64,000 nucleotides of DNA from positions 18 through 64,017 of the forward strand of contig JBJXFR010000208.1 of NCBI GenBank assembly GCA_046155785.1. Direction: 5' to 3'. The translations under genes and the position numbers were made by a program. This document shows positions 12,970 to 23,104 of this stretch, one piece after another. The stretch comes from Blastocatellia bacterium (GTDB lineage: Bacteria; Acidobacteriota; Blastocatellia; RBC074). The notes under the pieces were generated by a model. It saw only the letters and a list, made by a program, of their open reading frames with translations. It ran no database searches and was not told where the DNA came from. Position 1 is the first letter of the stretch. Each line of letters opens with the position of its first letter.

Positions 12970-13295
12970 GGCTTGTTGAAACCGTCACGCTCCGACGGCA
13001 ACGTGCGTCTGTACACCGACGAAGATGTGGAGCAACTGGAATTGATCCTGAATCTGACGCGAGACTTGGGCGTCAATCTGGCCGGAGTCGAAATCATCCT
13101 GAACATGCGCGAAAAAATGGATCAGATGCAGCAGGAGTTCAATCGCTTCTTCGGGATGCTGCGCGATTAATGGCCAACCAAACCGCCATCGAACACGATC
13201 CGCACACCAGCCAGGCTCTAGTGCTGACACGTCGCCCCGCTACTTCGCGCCCTTCAACCCGCCGCAACATCAAGATTGAAGAGCCTGAAGATTGA
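12970..13295 (+). pseudogene. hspR: HspR-like MerR family regulator pseudogene (5'-truncated, frameshifted)
   Basis: GLLKPSRSDGNVRLYTDEDVEQLELILNLTRDLGVNLAGVEIILNMRE matches the HspR core. The N-terminal HPQTLR helix is absent (in-frame stop at 12925). The C-terminal tail continues in another frame after ~13167. Confidence 0.7.
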
Positions 13296-13321
13296 AACCG
13301 ATTCCAAAGTAACAAAAACAG

Positions 13322-13357
13322 AAAGGCTCGAACTGATCAAATCGGTACGAGCCTTTT
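13322..13357. terminator. Rho-independent terminator
   Basis: aaaggctcgaactgat-caa-atcggtacgagcctttt. Confidence 0.65.
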
Positions 13358-13471
13358 GGCAAATCAAATTCAATACCAGAAAATAACTGGCTGTCACAAT
13401 GTTTGTTGCTCTGATTTAGTCGTGACCTTATCTAAAGTTGGGTGATGGTTAGCACAATAAATCAAGAGGGT

Positions 13472-14398
13472 TCAGCCAGTCTTACGAACAAGCGCAATTT
13501 GGTTCATGGTGGCCGTGCTAATGAAATCAATCGCTGCCTTGTCGCCGAGTCGTTCGCGTTCACTCATCACACGCAAAGCAAGCTGTTGCCTAGCAACTTC
13601 ATAAGCATATCCTGTGCTTCTCATGCGTTCCCGGAAATTTGGATACTTGCTTTCCAAAGCCTCTTTTGTCACTTTTGCCTCTGTGCTGGCCTGTGCAAAA
13701 AATGCCACGGGGTCACCTGTCTTCTGCGCGAGTTCTGCAACCAAATCTCGTGTACCTTTTATCTCTGATTGAAGAACATTGAAAAATCCGGCATTGTCCG
13801 GGCCAACATACAAACCATTGCTGAGTAGCAGGCCGTCAATTTCAACCGTCCACCTGACGCTTTGAGCAAGCAGTTCGTTTAACCTATTGATCAGTGTCTG
13901 TGTGTACTGATCGTCTTTGATCTCTGTTATCCGATTAAACTCCCCGCCGAGACCCATGTCTCTGGATAACAACGACATTCCGCGCGACGCATTGCTGGAT
14001 TCGATAAGGTTAACCGACGCTGTGTTACTGAAGATATTATCCAACGCGGTAAACGTAAAAGTCTGGGGAATTGGAGCGCCTGCAGAAGGGTAAAAGCGCC
14101 AAATGATCGTCAATGACATGATACGCTGCGGCGACTGATTACGAATGATAACTGAATACTTCACAAGGTCATTCATCAAATTCGCTGGCGCGGAATAAAA
14201 GCTGGCAAGCTTGCTGCTGAACTGCAGCGATGAAGCGTCTTCAAGGGTAACGCCGTAGTTATTTAGATTATTGATTACTTCCAATTGCATACCAGCATAC
14301 GGTTTGAGCGACTTCTTCAGGCTCGCAATGCTAGAGCCGGCAACAAAGGCTGCGATCACAAGTAAACACGAAACGGCTAATATCACTCTTTTGTTCAT
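13472..14398 (-). CDS. Secreted or membrane-anchored hypothetical protein (DG...G.YVGPD motif)
   Basis: 308-aa ORF with N-terminal signal/TM segment and AGGAG RBS; 11 nt downstream of the Cys-rich gene. Confidence 0.75.
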   Translation of the reverse strand: MNKRVILAVSCLLVIAAFVAGSSIASLKKSLKPYAGMQLEVINNLNNYGVTLEDASSLQFSSKLASFYSAPANLMNDLVKYSVIIRNQSPQRIMSLTIIWRFYPSAGAPIPQTFTFTALDNIFSNTASVNLIESSNASRGMSLLSRDMGLGGEFNRITEIKDDQYTQTLINRLNELLAQSVRWTVEIDGLLLSNGLYVGPDNAGFFNVLQSEIKGTRDLVAELAQKTGDPVAFFAQASTEAKVTKEALESKYPNFRERMRSTGYAYEVARQQLALRVMSERERLGDKAAIDFISTATMNQIALVRKTG

Positions 14399-14409
14399 AA
14401 AATTTTCTC

Positions 14410-15177
14410 CTATTTGGTTGGTGTTGGTTTGGGAAGCTCAGGTGGCTCATTTGTAAATTGTCGCGGACAAACTCCGACGCCAATGCGCGAATTTCGCTCG
14501 CCATTGCAATTCATATAGGACCATCCCTCAACCAAGATACGATCCCGCCAAGTACAGCTCCCCGATGCAAAAGTGCCTAAAACATCAGCATCGGATAATA
14601 CACTGCAACCAACGCCGGAAATCAAACACCCATGAGATGCTGTCAACCCTGCAGCGACATGCGGAAATTGACATGCACCCGGAATACAATCTGCCGATGT
14701 TACACAAGTTACTAGCGATGTAGAAGAAAATTGGTAGCAACGCCCGCTGTCCCTATATGTTCGGCATTGGCTGCAAGGATATCTCCGCACATCACGAATA
14801 ACCCCGCCCAAGCAAAGCTGACTTTCGTTGAAACGGTAAAAGTTTTCCTGGCTAGTAAGGCCTTCTATGCTTACGTGCGCATTCACTTCATAAGAGCCAG
14901 CGACGGCTACAGTGCGAGCATTGACTATGGCCGGCTCAGGGCAGAAATTCGTTCCTAAAGCTATCGCAATAAGCGGGAAGCTAGTGCCGGGCGTGAACAA
15001 CGGACAATTCGGGCCGCAGGTTCCAGTTGTTACGCAGCTTGCGATTTGCAATCCAGTGTCAATGCACAAACCCGAACTGTTAATGATACGACAATGCTCC
15101 TGCTGCGCAGGTGCTGACCTGGCTAAAAACACAATGAGCAGTAAGAACACTGCCGGCATAAAAAGTTTGAAGCGCAT
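14410..15177 (-). CDS. Secreted cysteine-rich protein with an internal two-fold domain repeat
   Basis: Start MRFKLFMPAV behind AGGAG; signal peptide ending APA; 18 Cys; repeated CRxxxxSGxC...CVTxxxC motif. Confidence 0.75.
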   Translation of the reverse strand: MRFKLFMPAVFLLLIVFLARSAPAQQEHCRIINSSGLCIDTGLQIASCVTTGTCGPNCPLFTPGTSFPLIAIALGTNFCPEPAIVNARTVAVAGSYEVNAHVSIEGLTSQENFYRFNESQLCLGGVIRDVRRYPCSQCRTYRDSGRCYQFSSTSLVTCVTSADCIPGACQFPHVAAGLTASHGCLISGVGCSVLSDADVLGTFASGSCTWRDRILVEGWSYMNCNGERNSRIGVGVCPRQFTNEPPELPKPTPTK

Positions 15178-15342
15178 AAAGATGGTGCTCCTATGTATGT
15201 TGGTGGTTAGGCGTTTTGTCATAAGATCGTTGCCATTCCTGGTAAGATATTGTTGACAAATTGCTGAAGGCTGACCCCAGAGCGAGTTTCAGCACAGTTT
15301 GCAAGTAGTTCAGCATTTCAGAAGCTATTCCATTTGGCTTCT

Positions 15343-15381
15343 GATGGTACGGCGAAGATGGTACGGCGAAGATGGTACGGC
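15343..15381. repeat. 14-bp tandem repeat (GATGGTACGGCGAA) x2.8
   Basis: Read directly from the sequence. Confidence 0.9.
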
Positions 15382-15575
15382 TCGTAACAACTTCAAACCA
15401 TCACAGTAACATCCAGTTGAATAGGGTGGCGAGGCGGAAAATACGCTGGCATCAATAACCTGTCAATCGTTTTTTTTGCAAAATTCTAAACTAATTTGAA
15501 GGCCAGAAATGCTCTTACAAAAACGGCAAACTATCCTCAGCAAAATAACATTCGTGAGGTTCGCCTCTTGTCAGG

Positions 15576-18500
15576 TTATTCTTGGTTATTGGCTTGTAGT
15601 GTGGTCAGCAGCAGCTTCAACTCGGTAAACACCCGCTTATCGTTCAGCTCCTCTGACGCCAATTTCAGCTTCAACACGCCCGTCGGCGCAAAGCTGGCGG
15701 AGCTATTTTCTTCCAGCAGCTTCATCAATTTTTCGGGATCAATTTTGGCTTTCTCGCTGAGCTTGATTGAAAAACTGTCTTTGACTCGATCAACAGAAAG
15801 AATGCCGATGCTTTCGGCGATGCGGCGGACAGCGGCGTATTCAAACAGGTTTTCGACCGAATCCGGCAAGCGCCCGTAACGGTCAGAGATTTCTTCGTGA
15901 ATGCGCGTCAGGTCTTCGTCGTCTTTGGCGGAGGCGATGCGTTTATAAGTTCGCAACCTGTGGCTCATATCGAAAATGTATTCGTCCGGAATTCGCACGT
16001 CCACGCCCAGGTTGAGCTGAGCGCTGATGTCTTCTTCGATTTCTTCGCCGCGCAATTCCTGGACGGTGCGTTCCAACATGGTCGTGTACAAATCGAATCC
16101 GATGGCGTCAATGTGGCCGGATTGCTGCCCGCCGAGCAGATTGCCTGCTCCGCGCAATTCCAGATCAAGCGCAGCGATGCGGAAGCCAGCTCCCAAATCA
16201 GAAAACTCACGAATCGCGGCCAGCCGCTTTCTGGCAATCGGAGTCAGTTCGCGTTCGGAAGGAATCAGCAGGTAAGCGTAAGCTCGGCGGTTGGAACGCC
16301 CGACTCGGCCACGCAATTGATACAACTGCGACAAGCCGTAATTGTCTGCGCGGTTGATGATGATGGTGTTGGCGCGCGGAATGTCTATGCCGTTTTCGAT
16401 GATGGTAGTCGCCACCAACACGTCGTACTTGTAATCCACAAAATCCAGCACGGCCTGCTCCATCTCTTTTTCGCCCATCTGTCCGTGAGCGACAACGAAA
16501 CGCGCAGTCGGCACGAAGCGTTGCAACAGCGCGGCGATTTCGTGAATGGATTCGACTCGGTTGTGAACGAAAAAGACCTGACCTTGCCGCTGCAATTCCT
16601 GTTCGATGGCGCTGCGGACGATTTGTTCGTTGAACGGCACAACGTTGGTTTGAATCGCCAGCCGGTCGCGCGGCGGAGTTTCAATCAACGACATATCGCG
16701 CACACCCAGCAAAGACATGTTCAGCGTGCGCGGAATTGGCGTGGCGCTCATGGTCAAAACGTCCACGCGCCTTTTCAAATGCTTCAACCGTTCTTTGTGC
16801 GCCACGCCAAAGCGTTGTTCTTCGTCAACTACGACCAAGCCCAAATCCTTGAAGTTTAAATCGCGCGACAGAATGCGATGTGTGCCGACGACTATGTCCA
16901 CCTTTCCGGCTTCGATGGAGGCGACGACTTCTTTTTGTTCTTTGGGCGAACGAAAGCGTGACAGCAATTCAATGCGCGCCGGAAACGCGGCAAAGCGCGA
17001 ACGGAAGTTGGAAAAGTGTTGGTATGCCAACACCGTTGTCGGAGTCAGCACGGCGACTTGTTTGCCTTCCATCACTGCTTTGAACGCGGCGCGCATGGCG
17101 ACTTCGGTTTTGCCGTAACCCACGTCGCCGCACAGCAAGCGATCCATCGGCATTGGCTGTTCCATATCGCGTTTGGCGTCTTCGATGGCTTTGGCCTGGT
17201 CAACGGTCAGTTCGTAAGGGAACGACGCTTCAAATTCCTGCTGCCACGGAGTGTCTCCGCTGAAAGCGTAACCCGTGACCAGTTTTCGCTGGGCGTAAAG
17301 CTTCAACAGTTCTTCGGCCATGTCGCGCATGGCGCGTTTGGCTTTGGCTTTGGTTTTGGCCCAGGCAATGCCGCCGAGTTTATCCAGCGAAGCCGAACTT
17401 ATTTCTCCGCTCGAAAATTTCTGAACCAGATCAAGCCGCTCAACCGGAACATAAAGCCGGGCGCCATCGGCGTAAGTCAGCAGCATGAATTCGCGCTTTG
17501 GCTTTTCGACCTTTTGCGCCTGACCAACCATCCGCGCGTAAATCTCTGCCGCAGTTTCTTCGCCTTCGGTGTCAATCTGGATCAAGCCTTGAAACTGGCC
17601 AATGCCGTGGTCAATGTGGACGACATAATCGCCGACCTTCAAATCGCGGAAGTCTGAAATGAAGGCGGCGGATTGCGCGCGTTTCTTTTTGGAAGTTTTT
17701 GGCGGCTTACCAACCAACGCGGCTTCGTCAAAAATATCGGCTTCGGTGTAAACGCTCAGGTTGGCCGTGGGGATGGAAAACCCAACGGAAACATCGCCGA
17801 CAATCAACGTGATTGCGGATTGCGAAACTCCGGCCTGCGGCGTGTCGGTAATCCACAATCCGAAGTCGGCAATTTCAACGCCCGGCACTTCGTATTCGCC
17901 AAGCATTTTGCGAATGCGGTCGGCGACTCCATTGCTGGGCAAGACGAACACAGTGTGATTGCCAACCAGCGTTTGCTGTTTCAGGTCGCGCGCGAGGTCG
18001 GCAATGTGACCGTGCCAGCGCCGAACCGAGCGCGAGATGATTTCAACTTCGTTGAGTTCGGGTTCGGGCGGAAATAGAAACAGCGGGGCGGATTGATCTC
18101 GATTGGCCAGCGCCGCGAATTTGTTTTGAGCAGCGCCTTCCGGCTGCGCGTTCGTAGTTCCGCCTTCAGGCGGCGTCACCGTTTCGACGCTCAGTTCTTC
18201 TTGAAGCTCAAGCGCCGCGCTGCCTAACAAACGCAACTCAAGGCGCTGAATCTTTTCAATCCGGCTTCGCAATTCGTCCGGCGTCAGAAACAGTTTTTCA
18301 GGCGCGAGCGCCAATTCATCAATGGATTCAGCACGTTCAAAGCCAAGCTGCACTTCGTCAATCGTCGAACGAATCTGCTTTTCCAACTCCGCCGGTTCGT
18401 CCACGACCAGCACTGTGTCCGACAGGTAATCAAAAATCGAAGCCGTCAACGGCGCGGCGAGCGGCATCAGGTATTCCCAGCCCTGAAACTCCTCGCCTTC

Positions 18501-19322
18501 ATCGGCAAAGACCAGCCGGTCGCGCAACGCGCGTTCATACCGTTCATCGCTCCAATGATCTTTTGCCAGCTTTGCCCAGCGACGGAAATCGTCTCGGCTG
18601 GCGCGTTCGTCTCGCATCGGAGCGATCAGGGCTTCTTTGACTTCGCGCAACGACCGTTGAGTTTCAGGATCGAATTCGCGGATCGAATCAATTTCGTCGC
18701 CAAAAAACTCAACGCGCATCGGAAACGGCACGCCGTCTTCTTTGTTTAAACTCGCGCTGGGCGAGTAAAAATCCAGAATGCCTCCGCGCGAAGAAAACTC
18801 GCCGACGCCGCCAACCGGGTCAGAGCGCACATAACCGACCGCCATCAGATGTTCGATCAAATAATCCAGCGGCAATTCTTCGCCGGGTTTGAGTGAGACA
18901 ACGGCTTGTTTGATTTCGTCCACAGCGACGAAACGGCGCACGAGCGACCGTGCGCTCAGCAACACAATGTCGCCCATCCCGGCGGTCAATCGCCACAAAG
19001 CCAACGCGCGACGTTCCAAAATCTCCGCGTGCGGCGAAGTCCCGCTGTAAGGATCGCTTTCAGAAGCAGGCAAGGTGAAAATTTCGTTTTCGCATTCTTC
19101 GCGGTTGTGAAGCTGGCAGTAAAAAAAGCGCAGGTCTCGCTCAAAATCTTCCAGATCACGATTGCGCTGGCTGACAACGGCCAGCCGTTTGCCGGTCGCG
19201 CGTTGCAACGTGGCGAGCATCAAAGCCTTTGCGCCGCCGCCCAATCCGGCGATGGAGACGACTCGGCGTCCGGCGCTGATGTCGGCAAACAATCGCTGAA
19301 GAGTTTTGTTCGGTTGAAGCAC
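15576..19322 (-). CDS. mfd: Transcription-repair coupling factor Mfd
   Basis: [11 protein letters not shown] (RID), [38 protein letters not shown] motif. Confidence 0.98.
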   Translation of the reverse strand: MLQPNKTLQRLFADISAGRRVVSIAGLGGGAKALMLATLQRATGKRLAVVSQRNRDLEDFERDLRFFYCQLHNREECENEIFTLPASESDPYSGTSPHAEILERRALALWRLTAGMGDIVLLSARSLVRRFVAVDEIKQAVVSLKPGEELPLDYLIEHLMAVGYVRSDPVGGVGEFSSRGGILDFYSPSASLNKEDGVPFPMRVEFFGDEIDSIREFDPETQRSLREVKEALIAPMRDERASRDDFRRWAKLAKDHWSDERYERALRDRLVFADEGEEFQGWEYLMPLAAPLTASIFDYLSDTVLVVDEPAELEKQIRSTIDEVQLGFERAESIDELALAPEKLFLTPDELRSRIEKIQRLELRLLGSAALELQEELSVETVTPPEGGTTNAQPEGAAQNKFAALANRDQSAPLFLFPPEPELNEVEIISRSVRRWHGHIADLARDLKQQTLVGNHTVFVLPSNGVADRIRKMLGEYEVPGVEIADFGLWITDTPQAGVSQSAITLIVGDVSVGFSIPTANLSVYTEADIFDEAALVGKPPKTSKKKRAQSAAFISDFRDLKVGDYVVHIDHGIGQFQGLIQIDTEGEETAAEIYARMVGQAQKVEKPKREFMLLTYADGARLYVPVERLDLVQKFSSGEISSASLDKLGGIAWAKTKAKAKRAMRDMAEELLKLYAQRKLVTGYAFSGDTPWQQEFEASFPYELTVDQAKAIEDAKRDMEQPMPMDRLLCGDVGYGKTEVAMRAAFKAVMEGKQVAVLTPTTVLAYQHFSNFRSRFAAFPARIELLSRFRSPKEQKEVVASIEAGKVDIVVGTHRILSRDLNFKDLGLVVVDEEQRFGVAHKERLKHLKRRVDVLTMSATPIPRTLNMSLLGVRDMSLIETPPRDRLAIQTNVVPFNEQIVRSAIEQELQRQGQVFFVHNRVESIHEIAALLQRFVPTARFVVAHGQMGEKEMEQAVLDFVDYKYDVLVATTIIENGIDIPRANTIIINRADNYGLSQLYQLRGRVGRSNRRAYAYLLIPSERELTPIARKRLAAIREFSDLGAGFRIAALDLELRGAGNLLGGQQSGHIDAIGFDLYTTMLERTVQELRGEEIEEDISAQLNLGVDVRIPDEYIFDMSHRLRTYKRIASAKDDEDLTRIHEEISDRYGRLPDSVENLFEYAAVRRIAESIGILSVDRVKDSFSIKLSEKAKIDPEKLMKLLEENSSASFAPTGVLKLKLASEELNDKRVFTELKLLLTTLQANNQE
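18150..18179. repeat. GTAG-type REP (GTAGTTCCGCCTTCAGGCGG) inserted in-frame in mfd
   Basis: 27/30 nt identical to the reverse complement of 62309..62338; both encode [10 protein letters not shown]. Confidence 0.75.
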
Positions 19323-19334
19323 TGCTTGGATTCC

Positions 19335-19814
19335 TTACTGGTTGGCGAATCGCTGAGCGATGCGTTCGATCACATCCGTCGTCGAACAGCCTTCGACAAA
19401 AGCCAGGCTCATGACTTTGCCGCCTGCGGCTTCGACCTCTTCGCGGCCAACGATGGCGTCAACGCCCCAATCGCCGCCTTTGACCAGCACATCCGGCAAC
19501 AGCGCCGAGATGATTTCACGCGGAGTCGGTTCGTCAAACACCGTCACAAAATCCACGCAAGCCAGCGCGGCCATCACTTCGGAGCGTTCGGCTTCGGTCA
19601 GAATCGGGCGCTTGTCGCCTTTCAATTCGCGGACACTGCGGTCGCTGTTCAGGGCTACGATCAAGGCGTCGCCAAGCGCACGGGCTTGCTGCAAATACCG
19701 CACGTGGCCAGGATGCAGCAGGTCGAAACAGCCGTTAGTGAAAACGACAGTCTTTCCGGCTTGGCGCAGCAATTCGCGTTCGGTTTTGAGTTGATCCAGC
19801 GGCAGGCTTTTCAT
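19335..19814 (-). CDS. rfaE2: D-glycero-beta-D-manno-heptose 1-phosphate adenylyltransferase
   Basis: [34 protein letters not shown]. Confidence 0.93.
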   Translation of the reverse strand: MKSLPLDQLKTERELLRQAGKTVVFTNGCFDLLHPGHVRYLQQARALGDALIVALNSDRSVRELKGDKRPILTEAERSEVMAALACVDFVTVFDEPTPREIISALLPDVLVKGGDWGVDAIVGREEVEAAGGKVMSLAFVEGCSTTDVIERIAQRFANQ

Positions 19815-19931
19815 AAGTCGCGCATCTTAGATGAAGCTTCGGCAGCTAAACAAGCACGTAGGCTTTACTGAAGCGATTGGTTGTTTGAGAATGCGCGCTC
19901 GTTTTTCGACCAATTCATCACAGGGGGGGCC

Positions 19932-20342
19932 TTGAGTATCAACGATCCAAAAGCTATCGAAACCATATTGAACGAATGCCGCAGCGTTGCCGTTGTCGGT
20001 TTGTCTTCCAACCCGATACGGCCAAGTTATGACGTTGCCGCTTATTTGCAGCGAAACGGCTATCGCATCATCCCGATCAATCCGAACGAAACCGAAGTCC
20101 TGGGCGAACGCGCTTATGCCAGCTTGGCCGATGTGCCAGGGAAGTTTGATCTGGTAGACATCTTTCGCCGCTCGGAAGAAGCCGGGCAGTACGTGGACGA
20201 AGCAATTAGTTTGGGCGTAAAAGCCGTCTGGATGCAGGATGGCGTTATTGATGACGCGGCGGCTGAGCGAGCCGTAACAGCAGGTTTGATGGTGGTGATG
20301 GACGATTGCATCTTGCGCCAGCACGTTCGGCGGCGGAGATAA
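19932..20342 (+). CDS. CoA-binding protein (YccU-like)
   Basis: VAVVGLSSNPIRPS, DLVDIFRR, VWMQDG, VVMDDC; TTG start after a G-rich RBS. Confidence 0.88.
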   Translation: MSINDPKAIETILNECRSVAVVGLSSNPIRPSYDVAAYLQRNGYRIIPINPNETEVLGERAYASLADVPGKFDLVDIFRRSEEAGQYVDEAISLGVKAVWMQDGVIDDAAAERAVTAGLMVVMDDCILRQHVRRRR

Positions 20343-20357
20343 GCGGCAAAGTAAACG

Positions 20358-20400
20358 CAACAAAGGGCAGCTTGAGAAATTCTCAAGCTGCCCTTTGTTG
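20358..20400. terminator. Long perfect hairpin, bidirectional terminator
   Basis: caacaaagggcagcttgaga-aat-tctcaagctgccctttgttg between convergent genes. Confidence 0.75.
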
Positions 20401-20426
20401 TTCAGACACGGGTTGAGGCAAAACGT

Positions 20427-21293
20427 TTACATTCTGCCAACCGACAAATAGTTCAGCGGATTGACCGGACGGTCGTGCAAGCGGACTTCGTAATGGCAAT
20501 GCGGCGCGGTGGAACGGCCTGTGCTGCCGACTGCTCCGATTTGTTTGCCACGAGCGACTCGTTGGCCGACCTCCACGTCAATGCGCGACATGTGGCCATA
20601 CCGGGTAGTGATTCCGTAACCGTGGTCAATCACGACGATGTTTCCGTAACCGCCGAAGACTCCGGCAAACAGGACGATTCCATCTGCGGTCGCTTCGATG
20701 GCGGTTCCGTGATTGGTGGCAATGTCCAATCCGCCGTGGGATTCACCGCCACCTCCGCCAAAAGGATTCCGCCGCCAACCAAATCCGTCAGTGATGTATC
20801 CGCGAACCGGCCAGCCGCTTGGCGTCGAAGCCAGTTTGACCTGATTTTTGTCGAACACATCTTTGATCTGGCGAAGCTCGCTTTCCAGCGCAGCCGTGAC
20901 ACGCTCCATATCACTCAGACTGGCGTCGCTGTCAGGACCGCCCTGACCAATGTTTGTGTCAATGTCGGATTGACGGTTGATGCCGGAGGCTTTGGCCAAT
21001 TCGCGTTGAGTCGTATCCAAAGCCGCCAGACGGTTTTGCAACACGTCATATTTGCTGTTGGCTTCCTGATTCTTTTCGCGCAGCAGCCGGTTTTCGTTCT
21101 GCATCAGGTTGAGTTTGGCGACGACCACAGCGTGTTGAGCCAGCCTATATCCGCCGTAAACGACGGTCAGCAACCCGACAGCGGCAAAGCCAAGAATGGC
21201 GTATAAAACTTCATGCGGGACATTGAATTTTCGGAGAGTTGATTTGGCAGTCGGAGCAAAAACAAACGTATAAAACCGCTTTTCTTCTTTCAT
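20427..21293 (-). CDS. M23 family metallopeptidase with TM segment and coiled coil
   Basis: HGGLD (HxxxD), YGH, STGRSTAPHCHYEV. Confidence 0.92.
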   Translation of the reverse strand: MKEEKRFYTFVFAPTAKSTLRKFNVPHEVLYAILGFAAVGLLTVVYGGYRLAQHAVVVAKLNLMQNENRLLREKNQEANSKYDVLQNRLAALDTTQRELAKASGINRQSDIDTNIGQGGPDSDASLSDMERVTAALESELRQIKDVFDKNQVKLASTPSGWPVRGYITDGFGWRRNPFGGGGGESHGGLDIATNHGTAIEATADGIVLFAGVFGGYGNIVVIDHGYGITTRYGHMSRIDVEVGQRVARGKQIGAVGSTGRSTAPHCHYEVRLHDRPVNPLNYLSVGRM

Positions 21294-21830
21294 CGAACAA
21301 ATCCCTTGGCTCAACAAATCCAAACTTCAGATTGCGAGCACGGACAGAGCCTCACTGCGATAGAGGGATACCAATTTCAGCGGGCTACAAATTTATGAAT
21401 AAGTTATTTCTGCCGTCGGGGTTACTTACGGGACTTCAAAATCGGTGACGACAGCGTCAGAACGATGGCAGAAGCTAACACAGCCCTGTCGTTTCTTTCA
21501 ACCAAACTTTCCCCTGCAAAAGCCCCGATCAGACTAAGTGTAGAAATAATAGGAGATAGCTTTTGCGGCAACGAGGTAAAGATTCTTCCGAAATCCGAAT
21601 TTTCGGAAGTCGCAATCCAGATTTTCGTAGTTCCGTTATTGTTCGGCGAGGTAAGAAAGAGCTTCCGCGTTCGTTCATTGGGTGATTTCTTTTTAGCTCT
21701 GGCAAACAGCTTTCCACTGGGAAGGCCATTTGCTAGACTCCGGTTCATCTGACCGAGGTGAATCCGCTGCAATTCCTGCTGCTTACAAAACTTGAGTGGT
21801 CAACTGGCCACTGAAAAGTGAGGTAATGAC

Positions 21831-23093
21831 ATGAAACTCCGTTTGAATCTGAAACTGGTTGCTGGTTTGGCAATCGTGCTTGCTGTGGCGCTCAGCCTCA
21901 GTCCGTTGCTGGTCAACGATCAGGCTTATGCTCAGGCCGGGCGAAAGACCTCGGAAAACCAAAAGAAGAATCCTGGCGCCAGTTCCGATCCACAGGAAGC
22001 GCAAAAAGAGCAGGAGAAAAAAGACCGCGAGAAAATAGACAAAACCCAGCCGCCGGTCAGTTTGAAAATTGACACCAACGTCGTCAACGTCGAAGCCGTC
22101 GTTTATAACAAAAAGACCGGCGCGATTATTGGCGGGCTGAAAAAAGAGAATTTTGAAATTTATGAAGACGGCATCAAGCAGGAACTCGAAAATTTCTCCA
22201 CGCCGCAAGCTCCGGTGACGATGGTGATGGTGCTGGAATACAGCAAGTTGGTGGATTTGCTTGGGGCTTTCACGGGAGGATATTTTGAAAATGGCCGCAT
22301 TGAAATTCTTCGTCCGGCTTATGAGTTTGTGAACCGTTTCGTCCAACCCAAAGACTTCATTTCAATTGTCGCTTACGACATGCGCCCAACGCCGATTGTG
22401 GATTTCACCGACGACAAAAGTAAGTTGATGGGGGCGGTAAATTTGCTCATCCGCAACAATCCGGCCTTCAGCGAAAGCAATTTGTTCGACGCCATGAGCC
22501 TAGTATTGAAAGGTGGCATCGGCGACAGTGTGGTGCTGGATGACAGCAAAGACAAAAAAGAAAAGACTGATTACGGCGGATTGGAAGAAGTCGAAGGCCA
22601 CACGGCGATTTTGCTGATCGGTTCCGGGCTGGATACTTTCAGCAAAATCAACTTCGATCAGGCTCGCAAGATTGTCGAAAACGCTGGCGTGCCGGTTTAT
22701 TGCATTGGCACAGGAAATCTTTTCCTGAAAATGATGGACAACGATCCACGCATGGATCCCAGCCGCGGCGGTATGCTGGCTTCAGGTGGAATCAGGCTTG
22801 ACCGGCTGTCGCTGCTCCAAGCTCAAAACACGTTGAAAACTTTTGCGGATTCAACCGGCGGCAAATACTTCCCTGTGACCTTTCCCGGAGAAATTCCCAG
22901 CGTGATGCAATCCATTTCGGCGCTGGTTCGTAACCAGTACAGTTTGGGCTACACGCCAACCAACACTCGGCAGGAAGGCAAACGCCGCAAGATTCAGGTC
23001 AAAGTCAATTTGGGCGACCAGATTGATCCGAAGCTGATTGTCATTCAGCATCGCCAAACTTACGTCGAAGAAAAAGTTGGGCAGAAGAAGTAA
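21831..23093 (+). CDS. Secreted VWA domain protein (acidobacterial VWFA-related type)
   Basis: Signal peptide; VNVEAVV...GLKKENFEIYEDGIKQEL; TGG and QYSLGYTP motifs. Confidence 0.85.
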   Translation: MKLRLNLKLVAGLAIVLAVALSLSPLLVNDQAYAQAGRKTSENQKKNPGASSDPQEAQKEQEKKDREKIDKTQPPVSLKIDTNVVNVEAVVYNKKTGAIIGGLKKENFEIYEDGIKQELENFSTPQAPVTMVMVLEYSKLVDLLGAFTGGYFENGRIEILRPAYEFVNRFVQPKDFISIVAYDMRPTPIVDFTDDKSKLMGAVNLLIRNNPAFSESNLFDAMSLVLKGGIGDSVVLDDSKDKKEKTDYGGLEEVEGHTAILLIGSGLDTFSKINFDQARKIVENAGVPVYCIGTGNLFLKMMDNDPRMDPSRGGMLASGGIRLDRLSLLQAQNTLKTFADSTGGKYFPVTFPGEIPSVMQSISALVRNQYSLGYTPTNTRQEGKRRKIQVKVNLGDQIDPKLIVIQHRQTYVEEKVGQKK

Positions 23094-23104
23094 CAGGGCA
23101 GAAA

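Noticed and set aside
15343-15381. Tandem repeat as a mini-CRISPR array
   Set aside because: No spacers, the unit is too short, and there are no cas genes in the window.
21405-21440. Minus-strand CCCGTAAGTAACCCCGACGGC resembling the 3' end of a c-di-AMP riboswitch
   Set aside because: The 5' conserved elements of that riboswitch were not found upstream, so it is kept only as an unassigned stem.
21425-21480. GGACTTCAAA resembling the tRNA-Sec anticodon loop (selA is in the window)
   Set aside because: The anticodon stem does not close, and no T-arm (TTCGA) or acceptor stem can be built.
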